A stretch of DNA of 64,000 bases from Octopus sinensis (GCF_006345805.1 NC_043015.1:20894001-20958000); one strand, 5' to 3'; counted from the first letter of the stretch, positions 26,552 to 40,924 are shown. Notes: a model not told the origin generated them from the letters alone. Translations and numbers: made by a program.

Positions 26552-28746
26552 ACACACCATATGTATATTAGGCCACTTACCAACCAGACTATATAGAACA
26601 ACTTTCTAATTCGATCCCCAACACGTTCTGGTGTTTTGTTTGTGTATACATATTATTTAATCGACAAGGTACAAATGACTCGTGGGTCCAGACTTTCATT
26701 TGCACTTATCATGCAAGCCTAAGTGCCAATGCACTAAAACCATTAAACACACACATGAATATGTGTGTTTTGATTTATCTATACACTAACCGGGAAGATA
26801 TCTTCCTTCTATCTAGAACTGAATGAAACCAGCAGGCAAATCACTGTATAATCAAACGTAACTGTTCTCTCTCTTTCAGCCTGATACTGTTTCCGGATAT
26901 TGTCTGGAATGCCTTCCAGTGCATGTATATAACAATAAAGTGTATTCTTTCATATCATTCAACAGATTTACTTGACCGCTACGCGCATAACGAACGTTTG
27001 TTACAGATACATACATTCATTTCATACACGTGAATACACGAATACCCTATTTTATGCTGTTCACAGTACTTTTATTACTTGTTTATAAACCCAATCGGTT
27101 TTTTTCATGTCTACACGTATTTGCTTATCCTCTCTCTCTCCCTCACTCTCTCTCGCTCTTTCTCTCACACACACATGTCCAGAATAGTTTCGAATATCTG
27201 GCATAGTATGTATGTAGAAGTGCTTAGCGCTGTTACACAATCAGGAATATTTATGCTTCTCTAGCTACAACTAATCTAATATATTTAGAAACGATGTAAA
27301 ATATTATTGTACTTGTTGAATTTGGTTTGATAATATATAAAATGTGATAGTTACTAGCAATACGCCAAAGCAATAAATATTTTCCTTTGCCGACCCATTC
27401 TACATTATCCGCTGAGATTGTTAGAGCTCTACACACATGACGTACGCACACAAAGTGATTTACTTGCACGTCTACACTATTACATATAAATATTGTGTTT
27501 ATGTTCATTATATAACATGTGGAAGTGTGTGCAAGGATAAATTATATGAATTTCGTATGTAGGCATTATGTATTATAAATGTCCTATCTTTATACACACC
27601 TGTATATAGAGCTTGTTAATATACGTGTGAGATTGTATGGGTTTGTATTGTTATAAATTTACGGACGGGTTGTGTAGATCTTTCAATTCCACATTGGTTC
27701 CACGCAATTCTATCAAAGAAGTTTCAATCACATTTCAAAATGGCGTTTGTGTCGTAACATTTAACATGAAGTGTTTTAATGGCGATATTCATAGAGAAAA
27801 ATATACAGAGAACGAAGATATTGTGTTTGTAGAAATATCAGGAAATCATAAATTGAAATAAATTGTCAGTCTATTAGATTCACTCTATTTTGTTGATTCA
27901 GTATAGAATACGAAAATAGATTGTTACATTATTTCTCCAAGATTTTAAAAGTTTCTTCTGCTATGTGTTCTTGCTTGTCATTGAATTATCGATACATCAA
28001 TAGCAGGCGGCATATGATTGGTGTTGGTGATTATTGAGATGTTATTGCTAACTTTCATTCAATTTGTTTTTCTGAATCATCAGCAACCAAAAAGAGATGG
28101 CGGTGGCACCGTGATTTTAATGCCTCTATGCTCTGATATTACTTCTCTTCCATAAAAGATATTTGGCGATTATCATTAAAACTAACAGAAATGTCAGTAA
28201 AGAATAGAAGACGTTAATGTACTTTGGGTGTAATCGTAGAACTGTACACAGAGACCGTCAGGATGGCTACTACTGGGTCTTTCTTGCTAGAAATATCAGC
28301 GATATCTTTAACTCACACCCTTTGTTTTAAAGAAAGGTCACATTGGATACTGCAAATCAATCTGCTTTTAACAATTGGGATATTCACAACCGGAACACTG
28401 TTGGTATTTGATTGATTTACTCCAACAGGCTTGATAAAGTCAACAACATTTTGAATTGCCAGAGCACATTTTAACGCCTTGTACTTAATATTTTTATGGA
28501 TTGACTTTGACATTACTTATTACCTATTCAGTTTTGAATTCCCTCACTATATAAGGAGATATAATTTGTTCTTGTACGTGAAATTGCAATACTGAAAATG
28601 TATAAAGTATTTTGTTAGTTTTCATCTTTGTCAAACATTTTTGTTGTTTCCTTATACAAGAAACTCAACTCGAAGCCTCAGTCGAAAGCTTTTAGTAAAA
28701 ATAAAAAGAAAACAAAAAAGAAACAACACGAATATATTTCTCTATT

Positions 28747-28965
28747 TAAGGCGGCGAGCTGGCAGATTCGTTAGCACGCCGGGCAAAATGCTTAGCGGTA
28801 ATTCATCTGTCTTTACGTTCTTAGTTCAAATTCCGCCGAGGTCGACTGTGCCTTTCATCCTGTCGGGGTTGGTAAATTAAGTACCAGTTGCGTACTGGAG
28901 TCGATCTAATCGACTGGCCCCTTCACCCAAAATTTCGGGCCTCGTACCTAGATTAGAAAAGAGTC
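28747..28965 (+). mobile_element. SINE family A, full length, with 12-bp target-site duplication
   Basis: A-box-like TGGCAGATTCGTTAG and B-box-like AGTTCAAATTCC. TATTTCTCTATT flanks both sides (28735-28746 and 28966-28977). Confidence 0.95.
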
Positions 28966-31002
28966 TATTTCTCTATTATCTGATTTCTTGGGAAAATAAT
29001 GTCCACGGAATCCACCACTTTTAAGACAAATCTTCTCTAATTACTACTAGCTGTGTGATTAAGACTTTCGCAAGCTCTTGTTTTTGCTTCAATCTCATTG
29101 TATGGCAACTTGAGAAGGATTCGTGTTTTACTATGGTTTTGTTGACCATAACACTTCCTAGACATTTAGTTGACAGATATTGTAAAATTCACAGAGAAAA
29201 ACCGTCTCCTTAACTAAGTAAATATCAATAAAACCAAACCGTTTGATTATTGTATTAATTCCTATGTATTCTCTTCCAAAAGAACCGCCATGTAATTAAA
29301 TGAACCTTTTCTTAGTTATTGGTTATTGCTTCATAAGTTCCCATAATCATTGTATTAATATTTGGATGTTGTTCAAAGAGAAAATTATTCATCTCTCCAT
29401 TGTATCTCTTTTGATCTTATTGATATTATATATGTGACATCAGCATCAAATTTTGAAATATCTGCTTGAAAAATAATCGCAAACATGACCGCCGATGGTA
29501 AACAAACGACAGATGTGACACAATATTAGTCAAATTATTACATAACATTCCAATAATCAGTTTTTTCCTTTCTTTTCATATCAATGAAAAAAGTACAATA
29601 ATTTTTCATCCGATAAAAAAGCACAATAAAATTAAGAGTTTTCTGATGAATAATTAGCGTCTTGCAAATAATTAATAACCTACAATTTCGGCCAATCATT
29701 GACAATTTTGAGGTTAGCCAACAGTACATGATATCGACTAATATATAGTAATTACTAAATTATTAAATAATGTGTGGTGTAAATATATAATATAAAAAAA
29801 TAGTAAATGCTAAGTGTTGACAAAAGGATCAGATATAAAGGTGCATATAAGATTACTCTTGTTATTTTGTTTAATTTGGCCGTCACTGACGACCACCCTG
29901 TCCTAATCTGTGTATAGAGACGTGATAAATATTACATCGGTTTCCGAAGAACGAAAAAAATGAAAGACTTGAAATAAACTTAGTGCGAACTGACGAAAAA
30001 TAATAATAAATGAGATGGTGCAAAGTACATTGTCCAGTTCTGCCATCTCATACGCATACGGGGGGGGGGAGCGAGAGAGAGCGAGAGGGGAAGAGAGGAA
30101 GAAAGAGAGCGAGAAGGGAAGAGAGACAGAAAGAGAGCGAGACGGCGAAGAGAGAAAAAAAGAGGGAGAGAACATTTCCCAGGCGTTTCTTCTAAATCAT
30201 CGTCACTACTTCCCAATATTCTCATTCCTGCCGACATAGCAGATTCTGCTCCTCTGAGGAGGATCAATAAGGAGGGGAATTTTACAAGCTAATGAATAAC
30301 TTTACTTTTACATATATACTACATAATATATATATATTATATATATATAATTTTAGCGTGCGCACATTTCTTTCATATTTACACACATACACATACATAT
30401 TTCTTATATGCTCATGAATAGTAGTATGTGCGTGCGTCTACATACACGACACTCTACCCTGTCACTTGTTATTCGGAGAATGTTTCTCTCTGCCACACAA
30501 GTCACATCCACTATTAAATTCCGGTGAGCATTCGCCTCCATAGCACAACACTACAAATGCAAATATGCTTATTTTATTTTACCACTGATATATGCATGAA
30601 TCTCTTTTAATCCTTTACGTTCTAATCATTTATGATACTCGTTTCTAAATCACATAAAAGATTAGCCTAACGAGAAAAATATTTAAAAAATAAAAACCTA
30701 AAACCTTTATCTTAGATTTCAGATAGCATACATGTTGTACTAAATCTTCCCATGTTATTTCTGTTCTTGAGTGGATAATATTTTATAAGCGGAAAAACGG
30801 CAAAGGTAAAAGAAAATTAAGTGCAAGAAAAGAAAGAGGATGTGAAAAAATATATAAAATAAGGCAAGCGCTGAAAATAAAACTCTGATATACTGCTAAT
30901 AATAACTATAGTAAAAACTTAAAATAATCAAAATTTCCAGCAATGCACACACGTATATATATATATGAGAGAGAGAGAGAGATATAAAGAGATACATATC
31001 TT

Positions 31003-31044
<42 letters not shown>

Positions 31045-31642
31045 TATATAGATACAGAGATAAATACACACGGACACACACACAGGCACACACACGCATA
31101 CGTGGATACACATGTATATACACAGAAATACACACACAAAAGCTCTCAGACACACATATATATTTATGCATATACATAATAAATATACATACATATATGC
31201 GTACACACACATATATACAAACAAAAACACACGCGCCTGTGCATATGTTTGCGTGTCCCCAGTGTATTCTACACTAGGGCGAGAGAACAAAATGAAAATA
31301 GTTTTTAAACTTTATGTAAAAAAATATGTAAACATCTAAGTTAATAGCAATTTTGACTTTTTATAGAGAAATATGTGTAAAAGAAAAAAAAATTAGGCAA
31401 GAAGGTTAAAAAGGCCGTAAAATGTTAAATTTCGGGTCCTATTCACAGTTATTTTGAGAAATTTTTAACACGAGTCAAATAAATAATAAAGAGAAAGTCC
31501 ATAGTGTCTTTTTTTCCTCTTTAATTTTTCATGTTATATACTTATTGCGATAAAGTGAACGTGGAATATAAAATTGAAACTTGATTTAAATTGCAATATA
31601 CATGCATACAAACACACACATATATGTGTGTATATACGTATG

Positions 31643-31696
<54 letters not shown>

Positions 31697-31737
31697 TATA
31701 TATGTGTGTGTGTATGTAAAATATATATGTATGTATG

Positions 31738-31802
<65 letters not shown>

Positions 31803-32342
31803 ATATATTTGTGTGTAATAAATCTATGGATGATGTGTGAGTGTGTGTACAAAATACGGTGAACTATTAAGTGATTTTATTGCTAAGAAGGAAAGAAAAA
31901 AAGTATTTCGATTCGAGATCCCGTAGTATCAGAAACGTATAAGAAAGCAAAATAAACTCGAGTTAAAAATATAAATTTAATTTTGTAGTCTGTCCCCTCA
32001 CCATAAACATAAAATGAAATCAATGTGCAAATCGACGTGGTGGAAGCCATTAAGTTACGTAATTTTAACTCTGATGCTTCCTAAAGCCAACAACATATAA
32101 TTTGACAAATGGCTCAAAGAATTGTAAAATGCTCCATTTATTTCATGTAATTTTACCTGTTTTTCCTCACATATAAGGATAAAGTTTCCTTTAGGTAATT
32201 ATTATTATTATCATTATTAATATTGTTATTATCAATATTATTATTATTACTATTATTATTATTAGCTACGATTGATTTTACTGTCATTATTAATATTAAA
32301 TACTTCTCTTACTACAACTATTAACATTGTTAATATAGGGTG

Positions 32343-32955
32343 TACGGTATTTCGTCTGCAACTACGTTCTGAGTTGAAATTCCGCCTTGCTCGACTTTGC
32401 CTTTCATCCTTTCGGAGTCAATAAATTAAGTACCAGTTGCATACTGGGGTCGATATAATCGACTGGCCACCTCCGCCAAAACTTGTTCCTATAGTAGAAA
32501 GGATTATTATTATTATAAACGATTTCTTTTACTATTATTATGAAAATTTCCGTTACTACAACAATTATCATTATTATTATGGAGTGTAGGGCGGCGAGCT
32601 GGCAGAATCGTTAGCACGCCGGGTAAAATGCTTAGCGGTATTTCGTCTGCCGCTGCGTTCTGAGTTCAAATTTCGCCGAGGTCGACTTTGCCTTTCATCC
32701 TTTCGGAGTCGATTAAATAAGTACCAGTTATGCACTGGGGTCGATATAATCGACTTAATCCGTTTGTCTGTCCTTGTTCGTCCCCTCTGTGTTTAGCCCC
32801 TTGTGGGTAGTAAAGAAATAGATATTTCTTCCGACTTTACGTTCTTAGTGCAAATTGCGCTGAGGTCACCTTTACTTTTCATCCTTTAGTACTGTGTTCG
32901 ATGTAATGACTAATCGCCCACCATAAAATTTCATGCCGTCTGCCTAGAAGAGAAG
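32343..32955 (+). mobile_element. Head-to-tail chain of three SINE A copies (32343-32510 partial, 32589-32820 full, 32821-32955 degenerate)
   Basis: Three occurrences of the gttct.agt..aaatt.cgc.gaggtc..cttt.cctttcatcc block, separated by (ATT)n or directly abutting. Confidence 0.9.
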
Positions 32956-33630
32956 ATTATCTTTATTATTTTGATGTGGTTTGACAGAACCGTTCGATCA
33001 TCGGAAAAATTGCTTTGCGATCTATATCTGTATTTATATATCTATCTAATCGTAGAGACTATTGTTGATGTGCGTTTGAGAGAATTGTATTATGTATTAA
33101 AGTGTACGGTATACTTGCCACGAGCTGTAGGAAACGCCAACGTTTCGGACAAGGTTCTTCGTCAGAGAAAAGCTGGTAGGAAAGAAATCTAATAGACACA
33201 GCAAAGTTCTAAATACACACACTTATCATTATGACTTCTGTAATGTATTAATTTCCTCTCAGTCTATATCTCTGTCTGTATATCTGTCTGTTATTCTCTC
33301 AAGGTTAATATTACGTTTCTTTCTCCCCGCAGCTGTCTTTTGCGATCCGTATATCACTTTCCTCTTTATATATTTGTTTGTATATATCTCAACCGCTGTC
33401 TTTCTCCTTTTCTTCTTCTACACAGACGTAAACACGGAGCTACTTCTGCTAACTTTTATGCATCTCTGTCTACTTAATTTTCTTCTATTTTTTTTCATCG
33501 CTATCAATAACTACATAATTTTCTTATCAATATTACAAACACTGAAGCATATACTGTATTTGTCTCTTACTCCTCGACCTATCTTCTCCTCCCCTCTCCT
33601 GTCTCTATATCTTTATAACCCTTTTCATTA

Positions 33631-33686
<56 letters not shown>

Positions 33687-33862
33687 TATAGACTTGGTTT
33701 TCCTACTCTTTGCCTCTATTAATACAACATTACATCATCATCAATGTCGCACACCGAGGCATCAAGCAAAACATTAAGTTTCTACAAGCGAGACTTCGAT
33801 TTCCAAATAGATTCAACATAACAAGCAAAAGAGACATTATTACTGAAAGGGTGGAACGAGAA

Positions 33863-33906
<44 letters not shown>

Positions 33907-34344
33907 ATATATATACATATATATATAGCGATCCGCCATTTTAGTCTTGATATAGTAATGTTTTATCAAATCTCCCCAGCTAGAGGAATTAGAAAAGCGA
34001 GACATGTGTCATGCTTGCTTATTCCGAATAGAAATTTTAGATAAGAATCGGTCTTGCTGCCAGTTATTTCTATCCAAATTTTCCACCTGGTTGATACATC
34101 AAAGTGGAAATAAATACACCGTGACCAAACTTACTCTTTCTGCTCTCCTTTCTTTCTTTTTTTCTTTCACTGTTTGTTCATTTGTTTATTTACTTCATAA
34201 TTTCTTTCATGCACACATTCCTTTACTTTTCTTTCTTTCTTTACATCTTTTACTTTCCCTCTTATCTATTTCTTGCTTTCTTATAATTCATTTCATTATC
34301 TCTGTTTGATTCTCCTCTTTACTATTAATCTTACTATTATTCCT

Positions 34345-34346
34345 GC

Positions 34347-34400
<54 letters not shown>

Positions 34401-34450
34401 CATCATCCTCATGATCATAGTAGTAGTAGTAGTAGTAGTAGTGGTAGTAT
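34345..34450. repeat. Compound triplet microsatellite (ATT)n-(ATC)n-(AGT)n
   Basis: Directly visible. Confidence 0.97.
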
Positions 34451-34849
34451 CTGATTTCTGTTCTTAATATTTATATAACTTTCTTTCAAATTATATCATT
34501 CAAAGCTGGTAATAAATCCATTTCGTGTGATGCTCTGTAGTTTCAAATGATGGCCGCTGGATGAACATTATGATGATAATCATCATCATGGCCAGAGTTA
34601 TCATCATCATGATACACTTATTTTATCACAATCACTCTCACCACCACCATCAATCATCATCGCAATACGTCCTGTTACGCTAAATTGCCTACTCCTCTAC
34701 TTTCAATTTGTACACACCACTGAACTGTGCCATATAGTGTTCTCCTCAACTTTGCTTGCAGTAACGAGAGCAACTTCCTCTCAAAAACAATGAACAAATA
34801 ATGAAACAGATTCCATAGATCCAACTAATGGAAATTTATTATTATTGCT

Positions 34850-34985
34850 AGTTCTGCTGAGGTCAACTTTGCTCTTCATCGTTTCTTTGTCAAAATGCGT
34901 CCTAGTTGAACATTGGCCTCGAAGTAATCGACTTTCCCCCTCTCCCAAAATTTGAAACCATTATTATTATTATTATTATTATTAT
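34850..34985 (+). mobile_element. SINE family A, degenerate, with (ATT)n tail
   Basis: ctgctgaggtcaactttgctcttcatc...aatcgactttccccctctcccaaaatttgaaacc followed by (ATT)n. Confidence 0.7.
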
Positions 34986-35052
34986 TATCAGCAAGACGCC
35001 CTTCAAATCATTAGTAATTCTTTTGTTTGTTAACTCTTTACTATTTAATCAG

Positions 35053-35120
35053 AGCGCCATTGGACTGGTAGTGATGTATACTTTGGACCTGACGGTACCG
35101 AGATTTTCGCCATCTACTAA
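35053..35120 (+). CDS. Candidate terminal coding exon of an unidentified gene (xRHWTGSDVYFGPDGTEIFAIY*)
   Basis: Pyrimidine-rich acceptor ...ctctttactatttaatcag, then 21 open codons at higher GC than the flanks, TAA, and ~1.5 kb of repeat-poor sequence with AATAAA near 35651. No protein family recognised. Confidence 0.3.
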
Positions 35121-36037
35121 AAGTAAATTGCATACGGAACAATATGGTATCTTTCTCCCCACCTTAACTTCATGATTATACGCCAAAAACTCACGAAGTT
35201 CACTAATGTCAACGAGGACAAAAGCAAAGAGGAACCACCGCAGCAACACATTTGAGTCAGATTTGCAACAACCAACAGCAACAACATTAGTTGCGGTAAA
35301 AGCAAACCCAACTCAAACAACACAACCACCATCCGACCAAACTAATGTTTGGCACCCACAGCAACTCATTTGTTTCCATCAACACAACTAACACCTCCAC
35401 AACAGTCACAGACAACCAGCAACGCGAAATGGTCTGTTTAACAACAAACAATGCCACCAAAACTGCCATTTGCAACAGACTGAAGCAGTAGCAATGCTTA
35501 GAATGGTCATTCACAAAACAGAGTACATTCACAATCTTCGGCGCATAATGCTGCAACATAGCCTTGAAAGTTTAGTTTAAGCAGTAAGTGAAAGGGTTGA
35601 CACTTGGCGTTGGTGGCCTGAATGGTGTTGTGTAGTTATCTGTCATCCCGAATAAATCTCACCACGTGAATTCCACCGCACGGCATGCGAAGAAAACAGG
35701 ACAAGTGTAGCCATAAAGCTATTAATCAAAATGAATTAAGGGAAGCATAAAACATTCCCGACATTTTCTATCAAAGGGCGCCATTTTAATAGTGACAGTG
35801 GTTGGCAGAAGGCCAAGGAGGAATGAAATATGCAAAAAAGCGGGCCATCATCATCGTTATTATTGTATGAGGTTGATGGTTTTCATAATCCTTACAATAT
35901 TTGTTCCGGTTGTTTAGGTTTTGATTTCAAATCTTACCAACATCAATTTGTCCTTCATTCCTCTAAAGTCGATAAAATAACAAACCTGTCAAATACTGGG
36001 GTTGAATTACTTGATATTTTTCCGGATTTCTATCTAA

Positions 36038-36070
<33 letters not shown>

Positions 36071-38341
36071 GTTATTATTTGTTTGTTTGTTTTCAATACT
36101 TTGTTGACCGAACATTTTTGGACAAGAGCAGGATGTTTTGCTGCGATTAGAAAGATTGTACTGAACAGTTGATTGAATTTTTTCCCCTCCTTTTATGGAA
36201 ACTCAGCAGGACGATTAGATGAAGAGAAAAAGCGAAGAATCGAAAATATAAAAAAAGAACAATAACAAAAACCCTCGAAAGAATCAAATATTAAAAGCAA
36301 AACACTAAAAAATACACAAAGCACACAAGTGAACAAAGAAATCCAATCAATGTTATTTTGCCTTTGCACGTCATTTTGCTAAGTTTAGAAAGTTCTGGAA
36401 CTGTTGTATATAAGAAAACTATGAAAAATAGATTTACTATGTAAACAGACGAATATCATCTGGAGTTGGAACAGCAGCAGACATGTTCTTCTTTCTTTTT
36501 CTTCGCTTTAAATTCTATTTGTGGACGTCTAAAGGATGACAACTCGGATCTCGAAATGGATAATATTACAGTGAATTACTCAGGAGGTCGATATGTTGTC
36601 AACCAGTCTAGGGGACGTATTTTGTCAGCTACAACTGCGTAATATCAATTGCCCAAGTCAAGTAATTCAAAGAAAAATGAAAAAAAAAGTACTAATGCCT
36701 CAAACCAGTTAGTTGTAAATATATTATCGATAGGGCAAAGATAAATTCATCGATCAAATTAACAAAAGATAATTTACGAGGAGCAATGACCGGGTTGTAG
36801 TCTCCAGCAGTGTCTGAGGCATGGAGTCAGAGCCTTCGTTAACGATCAAGGAACTAGAAATGGTGGACTAAACTACTTCTAATACCATCCCAGTCTTTTT
36901 AAACGATATAAAGTGAATCAAAATAAATGTCGTTTGGTGCACATGGGAAGCATACGGGATTGTCATGGTTGGAATGTATATGATCATAGACCCACTCGTG
37001 TAGCGGGTATAAGAGGCGCAGGGTAGCGATGATAACGTTGATGTCTTACAAGTTTCGTTCTTTAGGGTGGACAGATATCACAAGCTCTCATTCACCTCCA
37101 AAATCTTTCGTGCACTGGCTCCAGGTGTCACACCCTTGCCCACTGCCGCACCTGCTGCCCTAAAGTTCATAATGATGAGGTGCTGATGCAACTAGGAAGG
37201 CGAGCGAGCTTTCGAGAGACCAAAAATAAAGGGCGGAGAACCTGAAGAAGACCAAAGACCAGTTGTCGGAAACTGACTTTTTGCCCTTTGGTTATAGAAC
37301 ACACTTGGTCAGGATACAAGGTAACAGAACTGAAACCAAAACCAAATGCTTGCAAAGTGGGCTTCTTAACCACATAACCATGCCTCTACAACATTTAAAT
37401 GACTGACTTATGCCGATGAGTGTTTCAGGTTTTTCCTCGTATCCGTTTCTCCTCCTTAGAATGTCATCTAATAAAACCATACAGATAAGTCTTCGCTCTA
37501 ACATAGACGACCGACCAAAATCCTATCGTATATCAAGGCTCTCAGACCCCTGTCAGCTCCATTGTTTCGATTGGAAGAGAATAGACCTACATTTTTTATA
37601 TCTTCAATTGGAAAAATGATATTTCTCTCAAGAAACATAACTGGTTGTTGATTTTCCCATCCAGCCATCCGCACAAACACTTGCATACATAGACACGCAT
37701 GTATGTGTACGTACATACAGCTGTGTATCTGCGTGCGATTATGTGAATATATTTCTACGCTTTCCTCATACATTCTTTTCTAAAACTTTTTATGTAGATT
37801 AAAATATAAACATATCAATTCATACGATAGACACATTTACATACATGTAGCAAACACAACGATATATATTATACATAAATACATAATGATGTGTATATGT
37901 GTGTTTTCCATATACATAATTCCACGCAAACGTATTTACACTTAACATACACGCACACACTTTCTCTGTATAATATGTATGTATGTATGCATGTATGCAT
38001 GTATGTAAAGCAGACATACACACTTCAGACACCCAGTGATATTCTCCCTCGCTGTATCATTCTTCATATTTTGAATATTATAAGGGGAATGGTTTAGAAA
38101 TTGATATTTATCGCAATGGCTCCACAAAACCTCATCATAGACAGACACTAGAATATCTCATTTTTTAACGTTACACACATGTATACATTCACACACACAC
38201 ACACACACACATGTATATATACACGCATCTTTATAAATATAAATATGTATATATGTGTGTATATATATATATATTTCTGCATATGTAAACATATGTGCAT
38301 AGGCATAAATATACTCTATATGCATATACATTCAGAAATAG

Positions 38342-38382
<41 letters not shown>

Positions 38383-38533
38383 TTGTGTATTGAGCTCTCG
38401 TTAAATAAGATAATCCAGACATATAACACATATATGTAAGATTTTGTCTCGCCAGTGCTCTCCCGCTCTCTTTCCCTCCCTCCCTCCCCCTCTTTCTCAC
38501 GTATATTCAGCTATTTCATGATGCATATCATTG

Positions 38534-38534
<1 letters not shown>

Positions 38535-38624
<90 letters not shown>

Positions 38625-38692
38625 ATATATATATGTATAGATACGTATATACATATACATAAATATATATATACATATATAATATATATACA

Positions 38693-38786
<94 letters not shown>

Positions 38787-38800
38787 AATATATATATATA
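38535..38800. repeat. Long interrupted (TA)n/(CA)n array
   Basis: Directly visible. Confidence 0.99.
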
Positions 38801-40924
38801 TTGATACAGGGGTGAAGAAACTAGAATGATATACGATTAATATATTTCTAGTTTACAAGATTTGTTAGAGTCACTCTATTGTCTTAGCAATGAATGGCTG
38901 CAGCGTATTATATATATTACTCAATGTGGAATGGGATGTCTGGAATATGTAGGCAGGTTATTCACAGACGCCCTGGGGCTAAGCTAAAACAAAGAAATTG
39001 CGGAGCCAACGATGATGCTTCTTTACAATCGTTTTTTTTAGTTAAAATAACAGCCAAGCTTTATTTCCTATCCAACCAATTTCTCATTAAAGCCTTCCTT
39101 TATTCCAGTCTAAAGAAAAGTTACGGAATCAAGATGTATGCCCTGTATCAATAATGAGCAAATAGTGGCCCTCGGGACTTTCAGAATGGCATGTCTGACG
39201 AAAAATATTTGTGTTTTAGTAGTGTGGCTTAACAGCTGGCGACATATGCCTACTGCGGTCCGCTTTTAGAAAGAGTTTACGTATAACTACTCTAAACAGC
39301 GGTTCCTTTTGCGAAAAATTATAGCCAAACTTTGTTTAACAATCTTTTAAATAAATCCATCTTTTCTTTCTCTTTCTTTTTTTCCGTTCTTCTAGAAATT
39401 GGTTTTGGCTATTAGCAATTATTTAACTTTTCATCAAATTACGACTGCTACGGCAGGTATTGATTTGGCACCACACACACACACACACACACATACACAC
39501 ATTCCCTCCCACCCCTTCTCTCTCTATATATATATAGATAGATATATACACACACGTATACATACATACATGCATACATACATACATACATACATACATA
39601 CATACATACATACTGTTATTTGCTCATACATACTCTTATACACCTATGCGGTAAGCAGGCCAATTTTCCGTGAAGCATGCACTAACATTGTTTGTAAATC
39701 TACGTTATCGATTTTCTTCTTTTTCTTAAGCGTATATCTCACTTCGACCGTGAAATTTCTACAACTCAGGCTGATTGCATTTCAATTTGGAACGCTCGCA
39801 AAAGAACATTATTGATTTCATTTCCAGATACTAGCCTCTACCTTCGCATTTGTTGGTGAAAATAGAAACGTTGTTTATTTGATATCATATGTTGATAAGA
39901 TTGCCAAGATTATTACGGACGTGACTTTATAGGATTGACGACAAGTAGGAATCGAACTAAAATATAGAAATATGTAGTATATCTTTCGTCAGGAAGTGAA
40001 TTCTATGGGCGCTGGTTTTAGTATTTGTTTTACGGAATTGTAACATGTTCCTTACTACTTTATCCTTCGAGTCCTGATGGCATCGTTTCAGTAGCGTCGT
40101 GAAATACATGTGTTAAACATTTAAATAATTTAAGACGAGCATAACTCATCCCAGTGCCGACCTCAGTCGATTTCGTCTGCTGAGAGAGAAAGAGGAGAGG
40201 AGAGAGGAGAGAGAGAGAGAGAAAGGGCGAGTAAAAGAGAAAGAGGAAGAGTGGAAGGGAAAGAGTGAGACAGAGAGGGTGGAGGGTAAGCTGAAGAGAG
40301 AAAGGAACGGCCAATGTATTGGGGTTTTATTTTTCGACCTGGAAACCATGAACGGCAATATTCCACACTAACCAATAAGTTTTATGTTGAATTTCTACTT
40401 TCCACTGTCTCTAAATTAAATATATTTCTAAAATTATTGTGGCTCTGTTTTGAATCCCTTTAGATGGGTCATGGGTCAAAGATCGGATGGAAAAGTATGT
40501 AAAGGGGTGTTGTCGATTCTGAAATCAATGAATAATGAACTTGAGCAGGTATTACGATTCACCTGGACAATGGACAGAGATACAAATTATAAAATTCTAC
40601 TCAGTTTCCGTTCATAAAATTCCACTAAACGAAGCATTGCTTAACCCACGGGAGTAGCAAAATGTAATGCTCGGGATATGATGCAGTGAGACCGATCATA
40701 GGACAGAAGGGTTAGGAAACATAGGAACCAACCATGCATCCTCAGCCGTTTGTGGGTTGGGGTGGGGAGAGAAAGTGAGTGAAAGAAAGAGACAGACTGA
40801 CAGACAGACAGAAAGAAAGATACTTCCATGTGCCAAAGATACAACTTTTCTTTCAATCATTCAAAAATACACCACTAATGATAATGACGATGAAAGCCGG
40901 ATGAAAATATAGGACAATATTACA

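Noticed and set aside
30010-30051. ATGAGATGG/CCATCTCAT hairpin before a G-run and GA tract
   Set aside because: Only 9 perfect bp and too short for a pre-miRNA. There is no further support for a promoter.
30181-30295. RINKEG reading similar to RINKDG at 5248
   Set aside because: A 16-nt match with about three differences is expected by chance in 64 kb.
33331-33480. Two strong-looking acceptors (33331, 33425)
   Set aside because: They lie in a CT-rich tract that produces polypyrimidine runs by composition, and the donors are weak.
33980-34075. LEELEKR-DMCHAC...RSCC, loosely trissin- or prohormone-like
   Set aside because: Cys number and spacing do not match, there is no signal peptide exon, and there is no downstream donor or cleavage site.
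40750-40770. G-rich tract as a G-quadruplex
   Set aside because: Only three G-runs of three or more.
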